In this document: positions 53,451-64,000 of the stretch, in pieces | Layout of the letters: every line of letters starts with the position of its first letter | Numbering within the stretch: position 1 is the stretch's first letter | Assembly (NCBI RefSeq): GCF_963506605.1 | Contig: NC_083288.1 | Location: 38,750,001 to 38,814,000 of the forward strand | From: Zootoca vivipara | Lineage: Eukaryota | DNA: 64,000 bases | Direction: 5' to 3' | Position numbers and translations under genes: made by a program | The notes under the pieces: generated by a model | What the model was told of the DNA's origin: nothing | The model's input: the letters and a program-made list of their open reading frames with translations, nothing else | Databases searched by the model: none

Positions 53451-56400
53451 ATGGAAGGAACAGCGGCAGCTCCTGCCCCATGCTGGAGTGGGGGAGGAGG
53501 CAGCAGTAGCCGAACACGGAGGCAGCGGCGTTGTTCACGGCGGGACCGTGAGAGCCGCTGCACTCGCCGCCGGGGAAGCCGTCCTGGGGATGGATCTCGT
53601 CGTGGGCTCTTGTCGTCTTCATCTTCAGGATCGGACAGTGAAGGCCCCTCCCCACCTGCTCCTGTGGCACCTGGAAAAGGCCACTCCCTGCAGAAGCACC
53701 AGCAGCAGCGTCGAAGGCGCCGGCCCCTCCGGCGGCGGAAGAGACCCTCTGGATCGTCCTGCAGCCGCGATGAGGAGGAGGAGGAAGAGGAGGAGGAGGA
53801 TCTCATTGATGGCTTTGCCATTGCCAGCTTTGTCAGCCTTGAGGCACTTGAGGTGAGGAGGTGTCCCAATCTCTATCTGTGGGGTCTCACGGGCCTTTGT
53901 ACAGTCTGTGTTCTGAGGTTAGCTGGGAGCGATTTTAGATCTGCAGGCCCCTTAGAGCTGTGATACAGAAAGGAAGAAGAAAGGGGGAGAACCTTGTATT
54001 CTCTTGTCCCCATAATTCAGAAAAGGCAACTTCATGTCACCTGAGACTCCACAGGATGAAGTCAGCTAGGATGAGATGTACTGGGGAATGGGAGTAAAAA
54101 CATATGTAAATACTAGTATATTTTAAGTGCAGCAGGTTGTTGTTGTCGTCCCCCCCCCCCCTGTCAGCATGGGATTCCCAAGTCAAGAGACAGTGATAGA
54201 TCTACCGTAGTGGACAGTCTGAGTTGCTATCAGATAATTGCTGAAATTAAACACATGTGGGTCCCTGATTCGTCTCTTGGATGGGAGATCCCTAGAAGTC
54301 CCTTATAAGAGCAGAAGATCTTAAAGCTATGATTGGTAGTGTTCAAGCTATCTAGCACAGGACAAAGGCAGATTGGTTGTTTGAACTTCAGTTCGTTCTA
54401 GAAGCAGAAGCCAGTGGTGATATAAAAGGGAGCAAGACCATGGTAAGATGGTCTCCTGTCCTGTCAATCATCTCAAATAGGGAACCACATGGATCCCTCA
54501 AATTAAACAGATTGGCATGTGGGAGAAAAAGGGGGGGAGCAGGTCTGTTTTCTGGTAAATTGTTTTGAGAAGAAATAACCCTTTGTGAGAGACTGGAGGA
54601 GGAGGTACCCGGTAAGAGGGGGAGAGGAGCTGCTGTCAGAGGAGTCTTCAGCACTTGAAATAAGATAAAATGGTTATTGACTCAAGGGAGCAACCATAGT
54701 TCAGAGCTGGTAAGCCAGTGTGGTGGAGTGGTAAAGAGCGGTAGACTCGTAATCTGGGGAACCGGGTTCGGGTTGCTCCTCCACATGTAGCTGCTGGGTG
54801 ACCTTGGGCTAGTCACACTTCTCTGAAGTCTCTCAGCCCCACTCAGAGTGTTTGTTGTGGGGGAGGAAGGGAAAGGAGAATGTTAGCCACTTTGAGACTC
54901 CTTCGGGTAGTGATAAAGCGGNNNNNNNNNNNNNNNNNNNNNNNNNNNNNNNNNNNNNNNNNNNNNNNNNNNNNNNNNNNNNNNNNNNNNNNNNNNNNNN
55001 NNNNNNNNNNNNNNNNNNNNNNNNNNNNNNNNNNNNNNNNNNNNNNNNNNNNNNNNNNNNNNNNNNNNNNNNNNNNNNNNNNNNNNNNNNNNNNNNNNNN
55101 NNNNNNNNNNNNNNNNNNNNNNNNNNNNNNNNTAAATCGCTAGTAGTACTGGCTAAATGAACCCATTGTCTGCCTCAGTATAAGGTGCACCTTACATATG
55201 CAAAGGTATAGCATGAGACATAAAGCAAAGGTGGCTATAGTAAGCTCTAATCAGTGTGGTTTTGCTATGAGTTTCTTAGTGTGTTAAAGTTATGGTCCCT
55301 TTTTCATGAATATTTCTAGGACTGGGATGTGGTCTAATAAACTCTGCATACCTTGGTGGCTGTGGGATTATGTGACTTCCGTAGGTGCTGATGTGTAGCT
55401 CTCAGGTGACATGCAAAACATAGCTGCTTCACTTGCAGAAGCAGCAAAGGAGGCTCTGCTAAACACAGGAATGCTCCAGGCTGAGCTTGTAGGCCTGTTC
55501 TGGACTGGCTTCACCTGCCTTTCCAGCTTGACAGGACTGGGTGAGGAGCTGGGCGTGAACACATGTGCCTTTGCCAAACTACAAAGGAATCCAATGCATT
55601 GCTAAGAACTATTCACTCCACAGCCACAAGAAATCACAGGGGTGGAAGAGCATGCCTTGGTCTGATACTCTGCCACCCCGAGACTGGCGGTTTTCTCCGG
55701 ATTTAGTCCCAAACTTCTTATCTTCCTCTGAGCCCTTTCCTGTTTGTTGGTATCTCTGTTGAGCTAAGCCGATCTTCCCTAAGTTATCAGCTCCCCCAAA
55801 TGCACTGAAGGTGACTTTCATTTCCTATAGTGGCCTGGTGACAAGATAGACTTGTCTTGCATGTGCTCTGCAAGACAGACTTGCATGTGCTGTGCAGATG
55901 CAGCATTTCAGATGCAACTGACCAGGAGAGGCAAGTGTGTGCTTGCTGAGCTTTTCAGAAAGTTTTATCAATTGCTGCTGGTTAAAGTGGTGTGTGGTAT
56001 GGCAAGCTTCATTTGTTTGGATTGACTAAATTACATTTTTGTAATTGACTAAATTACAATAAGATTGACTAAATTCCATTTTTATCTCTCCATTTCTCCA
56101 AGGAACTCATGGTATACTTGGTTCTACCCCTACACTATTTTAAATGATGTTTCATTTTATAGTTTTATCTGATGTTTATGTTTTGCAGTGTATCTTTGTA
56201 GCCCCCTTAGAGACTATTGTAGTTAGGCAGTGTAGAAATTGTTTAAATAAATAGATAGATTAGATTAGATAGTCTTACCCTGCACATCTGGTCAGGCTAA
56301 GATCCTCAGGGACACCCTTGTTGTTGTGTGTTGCCAGGCATAGTCAGTTATTATTTTGATATATCCCCCTGACCTTCACCCTGAAGTCCCGGGATGGGTC

Positions 56401-59400
56401 ACAGCAATTTAAAATACAACATTTCAAACTGTATTAAAGGTCAGGGTAAAGAGGTGCATCTTCAGCTTATGACAAAAACTATATAATGAAGTTGCCAGAT
56501 GCACCTTTGTAGGGAAGAAATTCCAGAGTTCAAAAGTTGCTCTCTCCTGGACCATCACCATCAGTTTCTGAGGGTAGTAGAACTACCAAGATGGTCCCTC
56601 TCCTGAGAGATTCTGTTGAGAAGGAGGCAGTCTTTCTAATATTTGGGGTTTAAGTTAAGGATTTTAAATACTAATGTGAGCACCATGAATTGGTTCTGAA
56701 AATGAACTGGCAACCAATGCAGCTGCTTTCAGACAGGGATTGTGCGAGATCTAAATGGAACTCCAGCCAGTAATCTGCCCACTGTGTTTGAAGTTTCTGG
56801 GTTGTCTTTAAAGGCAGTGTTCTTATGAAGCAAGATGGGAGAAGACCTTCTCTGCAGTGACTCTCCATTGGTGGAATGCCCTTCCTTCTCATTGATGGGT
56901 GGCACTATCTCTTTTTGGGTTTCATCACCAGCTGCAGACACATTTATTTATTCAGTCGTTTTCAGGGTAGCAGTGCTTGGAGCAGGTGTTGAAATATTAT
57001 ATCTCTGTATTGGCTGCTGTTTTGGTTGATCTTTGATTAAATGTGAACTGGAAATATTTTAAATTAAATATTTAAAATTTAAATAAGAGAGATGGGCCCA
57101 AGGTCAAACAGTGAGGCTTTATAGCTGAGCAGAAATTTAAACTGAGACTCTCTGGTGCTGGTTCAACACTCTGCCACTATACCATGCTGGCTCTATTCTC
57201 ATAATGCTTAGCATATGGTTATAATTTGTCACATTTTTATCCCATTGTTCTTTCAAAGAATTCAGGGTGGTGTACATAGCTCCCCATTAACCCTTCTCAT
57301 ACAGTTACAAGGGTGAGAGGCAGTGACTTGACCCAAAGCTGAGCAGAAATGGGAGTTCAGATCTTCTTGATCAAAGTCCAGTATACACCACACCAACTCT
57401 CCCATTCTGGATATACACTTTGATCTCTTAAATTTCCATGGTTTGTTTGTGTATGCGTAGAAATGTAAATTTCTACCATATCCACACACTAATGTAAGAA
57501 GGAGTGTATGTTATTTCTGAGTACAGCCAGCCTGGTACAGATGATCAGGTAATTAACACACATAATTATTCCCACCTTCCCATTTTTTATTTTTATTATC
57601 ATTTTTATTATTTTATTATAGCTGCCTCTAGGGAGCTGAAATACATCCCATCATCCATCTAGGGTTAGTTTGGGGAGTCCTGAGCTTTTCTGTGCTCAAT
57701 ACAGTTTTAATGCACACCTGCCTTGTCACCTTCCCACAGAAGGATGCTACCTTGAAGACCCCAGAGCGGCTGGAGCTTCGGATGAAGCATTCTGGAAAGA
57801 GAAAACGGGGAGAGGGGAACAACTCTGATCCTGAAGATGAGGATGGGAGCTCGGAGAAGGGTCGCAGCCGGGAGAGAGCAGTGAGGAAACGTACCAAGAA
57901 GCGGCACAAAGAGGTGAGACTCGTAGCTAAGGGGTTGGAAACTGCTTTTTATTGTATTGCCTGCTCTCAAGCCTGCTTTTATATGCTCCCCCCATTTTGC
58001 AGGCTTAAGTTTATATCTCTTGGGCAGCTAATTGGGTGTCTTGTTGGGTTGGGGGAGAATGGACATCAATTAGTATTGGTTGTGGCTGGTCTAGGACATG
58101 TTACCGACAGGATTCTGTTATCAAATAACTTCTTTTTTTATACACATGCTTGAAATTCACTAGGTTTTGTTGTGCAAAAAGGCAGGCCCGTAGCAGCAAC
58201 TATATAGCGCTGAATAACTTGGTTGTATGTCTGGTGAATTTTCTTCTCTTTCTGAGTATGGCATTACGTTAAAAATATGGGTTGAGCAAGAGGCAAAATG
58301 AAAAGCTGCTAGAATTCAATGAGATTACATGAAAACATTCTTCAGATCTTGAATACTAAGGCTAATTGCAAATTCAGGACATAAGGGAAACAGAGAGCTT
58401 AATGTGAACCAGAACATAGCGTCCTGCCTGGACCAAGCCACTGAATCTGTAAAACAGAGTTTCTTTGAGCTTGTGCAGGATAACTTTCCTTTGCTGTTAA
58501 ATTACCATATTTTTCCTGGAGAAAAGGATTAAAAATAAAGGATTCCAAGTACTGTACTAGTGTATTGCCCTGAGACAGGTTGAATCTCAGCACTCCTGCT
58601 AGCAGACAGCAACACAGCGGGAGCAAAGTTGCCCTCAGAAAGTGGGACTCCCTCCACAGGAGGGCTTGTGGTTTATTTATTGGAGGGCTTTCTGTTTTGT
58701 TGTTGAATCTCCAAATGGCAGATGAGTTTTGGTGACATCAGCAGTGACGCTGCCTCAACAGGGTTGGAAATATTACTAATAATTTGATTTGAGGAGGGAG
58801 ACAAATCCCAGCCCAGCAAAACTGCTCTTTGCATCCTCAAAATGCCCAATAAATTTAGAGCAAATAATGGAGCAGTGGGCATGTTTGGACAATCATATAA
58901 ACTGAGATATGTATGAGTCCTGTGTACCTGCATTCAGGTACCTGGCTTCTTCCTTTGCTCAAGCTGGAAAACAAGCCAGGAAGTATTGACTAACTATGGT
59001 TTCACGTTGCATCTGAACTAGGAAATGCTGGTCAATGGCTTCTGAAAAATCTAGGCTATGAAACCAGGATTCATGGGGTATTATAGTTAACTGATCTTCC
59101 TGTCTTGTTCATTTGCACAAAGGGAGGAGTGAAGTGACTGCACAAGGAGGAAAGAGACTCGTTCATATCTCAGCTTTTTAAAGTTGAGATGATCATCTGA
59201 ATGCAGCCAATTTGTGTCTGTGTGTAACATGCCAGCCAAAATCTCCTCATCTTTGTGGAATACTCAGCATGTGTTTCTAAAGAGGACACATTTTTCTTTT
59301 ATTTTCAGTATTGCTCTTAAAATCTTATTACTCTCCTGACAAAACAAGGAAGCTTTCTCTTAATTTTTTTATCCTTGGGTGTTTTTTTTAAATCTTTGGG

Positions 59401-59696
59401 ATTAACAGCCTCCTATCCTTCTGAGTCTAATCTTTCTTTCTTTATTTTCCTCTCTCCGCCCCCACCCCCGGCCTACCTTTATTTTCTTTTTCCAGCCTTC
59501 TCTCCAATCCTACCTGGAAACTGGATATATAGTAAGTGGGCAATGTATAAGCATTCTCTCCCACACCCCTGTTTTCTTGGTTTGGGCTGTAGTTTTCCTT
59601 AGTGGCGAGCCCTGGCAGCACACAGCTTCACAGGGCACCGTTTTAGCTTCCCAAACATTATTTCCTTGGCATCCTTTCTCACCTGTGAACTGCAGC

Positions 59697-59751
<55 letters not shown>

Positions 59752-62700
59752 GTAAATGGCCTCCAGGAGATCTGTAACTAATCCTCTCCACTCGGTGCTA
59801 AACCATGGGAGATGCTGGTCCCTTGGAGAGTGAGAAGGCACCAAGGCTTCTTCCTTGATCTCTGTAGATTCAGCCGTGCTTCTTTGCAATGATGCCCGCC
59901 TGCATGATTTATTTGCATTTGATTCTGTTCCCTTCTGAGGCCTTGGGTGGTCCATGGTTTTGGGGTATCAGAATATCAGTATTTCCATGTGCCATAAAAT
60001 CCTACCATAAGTCTTCTTCAGAGCCTGCTGCTGACCAGCATTGTGGTAGGGTGTGTATGCGTGCCACTGAGGAGCATTTCCAATTTGCTGTACTGACGGA
60101 CTTCTTTCTTTCATTCTCCTTTTGCAGTGTGATACAGAAAGTGACCCAGAGGAGCAGGTAGGCATTGACCCTACCCTGGTCCTGTAATTTGCCAGGCTTC
60201 ACTTGTGACTACCACATCACTTGACACTTGTATGGGAGTTTTGGGGCAGGGCAGATATTGCAAAATGGATCCAGCAATTTGAAAAATGCCAAGGTCCTGT
60301 TTCTCTGCATGCTGAGCCACATGGGATCCAATTCTCCATATTTTTCAACCCACGCAAATGTTGGTATTGTGAATACTTGAACCACATGGATCTTTGCACA
60401 GTGGTACTGTGTCAAGGTGCTGTGGAAAATATGCAGACATAGGGCCTTTATTTATCTTATTTTATTAATGATTTGTCTTCCACATGAGTCTCAAGACAAT
60501 TTACATAAAAACAACTAAAAATAGCTTTGAAACCTATACACAAAACAACAAAAGGTACGTTTAAAACCAATATGGAAAATACCTTTTCACCTGGCTGGAA
60601 AAGCTTGTCAAAACAAATGTCATAAATTGCTTTCCAGAAAGTACAAATAGTGAGCAGCTGCCATATCTCTCTGAAAGTTACCATGGAGCAGGCTTCTGAG
60701 ATTTTAGGAACTTCAAGGGGGATACTTTTGCAGAATACAGTGACCTATCTTGGTATACAAGGACAGCAGGTCAAAATGAGCACCTTGAATTATATCTGGA
60801 AGGGTGTAGGAGGCCAGCATTTGTCAACACTAGCATAATAATTTCCCAGAGGCCTGTTCCTTTTGGAAGGAAAGCAGCCATGTTCTGCACCAACCATAGA
60901 ACTAGTGACTAGAAGTAGCAAATCTGTCTTTATTTGCATGACAAGCTACTTCCATTGTGGCGAATTGTCTACTCTTGCTAAATAATGAGTGGCTTGTTTT
61001 TCTTGTCTCTGTAGGCCTCCGTTGATGACCTCGAACAGTCATTCACTGTCTCAACCAGCAAAGGTGGGTTTGAGTGCACAGGGTGGGGCTGCTGGTCAGA
61101 GTAGAAAATACTGGCCTAGATGGGCAAATAGTCTAGCTTCCTTTAATGTATATTCACAACCATATTCCTGTTAGCATCACTGAGACTGCTCTCTTGTCCA
61201 AACACCAAGGTGCCAGAAAGACTCTTAATAGACAGCATGATATTCTGGTAGGAGTCACTTGCACTGAGTTTTCTTTCCTCTGCCTCATCACATTTCCTGT
61301 GGTGTGCTGGGAGCAGATATGCTGGGAGCAGATAAGCTGCACTAGATTGTTTCTCTTTTTGAAAGCTAATGTAAGCTTTTTGAGTAATAGCAACACCTAA
61401 TATCTATTCATGCTAAGTGCTTGAAGTACTGTGACCAGGTGGGCCTCTTCTCCAGGTGTGTTTTCTGCTCCCTTTGTGTTTGCTGTTTTCATAGAGTTTT
61501 TAGGGTCCAGTTGCTTAAGAATAGTTCCTTCCTCTGCCCCCAAAAGGATTCTTTGAAGTAGATTGTGACACAGCCCCTCTCCTGCTCAACAGGACATGTG
61601 GCTGATTTGCCAAGCCAGGGAGTCTATGGCTCAGCAAGGATTGAACTGATAGTTCAAAGCCTACTCACCTGGTACTCTTAACCTCTGTTTTTTCTTTTTG
61701 TTTCTGCCCCTAGCAGCCTCGGGACCCATTGGTGCATTAAACGGGAGCTGTGAAGCCAAACTCTCTGTGATCCCTAAAGTCTCTGGCCTGGAGCGGAGCC
61801 AGGAGCGTAATTATGAGGCAGACCGGGACCCCCTGCTAGTGCCTTTCCTGCCCAAGGAGCCCCCTTCTCAGGCAGCCGCAGCCCCTGCACCAGCTCAAGC
61901 CTTGCCCCCCAGTCCTCCTGCCCCACCTCCCACCAGGACAAGGGCTCAGACGCCTAATGCTGTTCGCGGGACACCCCAACCCAAAGGCCAGCTGCCTCCG
62001 ATGCCTCAGGGGGGAGCCGTCCCCCACAACCTCACCCAGAGCCAGCTGCACATGAAGGTACCGCCCTTTGCCAGTCAGACGCAAGCGCCATACACTGTAG
62101 GGCTGGATCTCAGCACCGGAGGGTGAGTCCCAGTGCACTTTCTCTCTCTGTTTCTCGTTCTCGCTTTCCCTCTTCCCTCTATTTCAAGCTTTCTCATGTC
62201 CCTCTTACTTGTCTTCCTCTCCGTTTTTTGTCCCCTCTCCCTTTGCTTCCCCCTGCCTTTGACCCGTCACTCATCGTCCTCCTCCTTGTCCCCTTCAAGC
62301 AGTTTGCGTTCTATCCTTTGTGTCTTAATAATAATAACACTTCATGGAGCACTCATAAAGGTTTTTTATTTTCAAATCACTATTTACATCTCTGTAAAGT
62401 AGGTCAGTATTGGCATCCTCATATTGCATATTGCAACTGGGTTGACTGGAGCTGATGGGGGGGGGGAGAGAGATGCTTGCCGAAGGCCACCTCTGGCAGA
62501 GGCAAGATTTGAACTGGGACTTCCTGGGCCCCATTTTGTGACTACTCAGTGCATGTTGGCTGCACTTGCCTCCCCCCCCCTATTTTCTCTCCTCTTACTC
62601 ATTTTTTTTCCTCTTTGAGTGTTGCTCATCCCATTTATCCTCCTTTTTTATTACAGAAAAGGTTTTATTCTTTCTTTGCAACTGACATTACTGCACTCAC

Positions 62701-64000
62701 TTGGAAGATTAATCAATTTGGCAATATTAAAGTGCAGATGTGTTGCAGCTTAACTTGGCAGCCTAAACACCCATAATGAGTAATCCTTTATGTAGGATTA
62801 CTTCGAATAGAAGACCCTCTATCTCTGGCTTGTCTTCACAACAGCCCAGTGAGGCCTGTTGTTGTATTCATGCCCCCCTACACCCCCCAATTGAATCCAT
62901 TGCTGAGTTGAGATTTGATTCAGTGCTCTCTTCAGTGCTTCTGTGCTCTTCTGGCCTCAGTCATTACTCTGTCTCCTCCTGACTTCCACACTCCAAATTC
63001 ATTTTTCTCTCCCTTTTTCAGGTGCAGCCGCGGCGCAGCTCACCCCAAGCCCATTCTCCCACCGTGCTCCCCCTCTTCCTCTCAGCTCCCTCACCGGCCC
63101 TCCACCCCCTCGCTGGCCCTGCCTCCCCACGCCTTTCCGCCCACCCTTCGGCCCCCTTCCCACCACCACCCAGGCATGTTCACCCCCTCGCCTGGCCTCC
63201 CACCGCCACCCCCGCTGCTTCAAGTTGCCGGGCACCCAGCTGCAGCCGCTGCCATATCTGGTAAGAGGGACTTGGCGGGAGGGGTGTGCCTGAGTGTGAT
63301 CTGCGGTCTTGGGGAAGATGGTCAGGGGCTATGTAGAAATGAGAGGGCGTGAGAAAGTGGGGCATAGGCTAAGAAAATAGAAGGATACTGTCATATTTTT
63401 CATGCTTTATGATAACTTTAGAAACCAGAGAACTCCGTGTAAAAAATTTTTTTGTAGCCCTCGTGGTGGCGGCGGTTGGGGCTGGGGAGAAAGAGATGTG
63501 TGGCTATACAAGGGCAACATGAAGCAGAAAGGAAAGGATGGAAGTTGGGGCGAGGGAGGAGGAAAATAACTGCCAGGGCAGATACACGAAGGGTTTCACT
63601 TGAGTGTAGCAGTGCTGGCTTCGAAGGTGTAATGCTTATTGGCAGAAAGCCTTGGCAAGAAGGGGAAAAATCTGGAGTCTAGCCTAGAGAATCACTTCCA
63701 GAAAAACTGGGGGTTTCTGTAGGGCAGGGCTCTGTGGCTCTAGTGAGTTGTATGGGTGAGGTGATTTGGGGTGGGTGAGTGTCAAACCTTTTCCGTGCTC
63801 CCTTCCTTTCCTTGCTGGCTCCGCACCCCAAGCAACTTGCTGTCGGGTGACTTGTTCTTCTACCTCCCCAGAACAAGAGCTAATCCGCCAAGACCTGAGT
63901 TCGCGCTTCCTCACGGCCCAAGGCGGCGCCGACATGGGGGCTGCCGCTATCCGCCCGCTGGCTTTCCAGTTCCACCAACACAACCACCAGCACCAGCACA
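53451..64000 (+). CDS. FBRS: Fibrosin-1 (AUTS2 family), 5' partial; join 53451-53852, 57740-57913, 59496-59531, 60128-60157, 61015-61063, 61714-62122, 63022-63260, 63872->64000
   Basis: [84 protein letters not shown] and the start of the HQH/HX repeat. Directly downstream of PRR14, as in human. Confidence 0.92.
54712..54921 (+). mobile_element. Squam3-type tRNA-derived SINE, cut by the assembly gap
   Basis: AGCCAGTGTGGTGGAGTGGTAAAGAGCGGTAGACT..GGTTCG head and CTTTGAGACTCCTTCGGGTAGTGATAAAGCGG tail. Confidence 0.8.
54922..55132. other. Assembly gap (211 N)
   Basis: Run of N. Confidence 1.
59701..59750. repeat. (GT)25 microsatellite in an FBRS intron
   Basis: Perfect dinucleotide run. Confidence 0.97.

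Overview
Vertebrate genomic DNA, almost certainly from a squamate and probably a lacertid lizard (Sauria/Squam1-type SINEs with (ACCTTT)n tails, Squam3-like SINEs, CR1, L2, Penelope ends, many hAT and Tc1/mariner MITEs). The gene order is: BORCS6 (-, intronless CDS); an unnamed 14-finger C2H2 gene (-); an intact, TSD-flanked processed copy of CDC26 (+); a ZNF771 orthologue (-, 6 coding exons); an unnamed 6-finger C2H2 gene built from a duplicated 3-finger cassette (-); PRR14 (+, 11 coding exons, about 723 aa); and the 5' part of FBRS (+, runs off the window). ZNF771-PRR14-FBRS corresponds to the human 16p11.2 block. Exon models were built by hand from GT-AG sites and frame continuity. Gene names rest on remembered protein sequences, not on a database search. 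I found no clear new multi-gene system. The most unusual signals are the CDC26 retrocopy with a (TAAA)n tail instead of poly(A), ten same-strand TTAAAGG motifs upstream of the FBRS CDS, the modular all-phase-0 N-terminus of ZNF771, the twin-triplet zinc-finger gene, and a SINE with a 54-bp target-site duplication.
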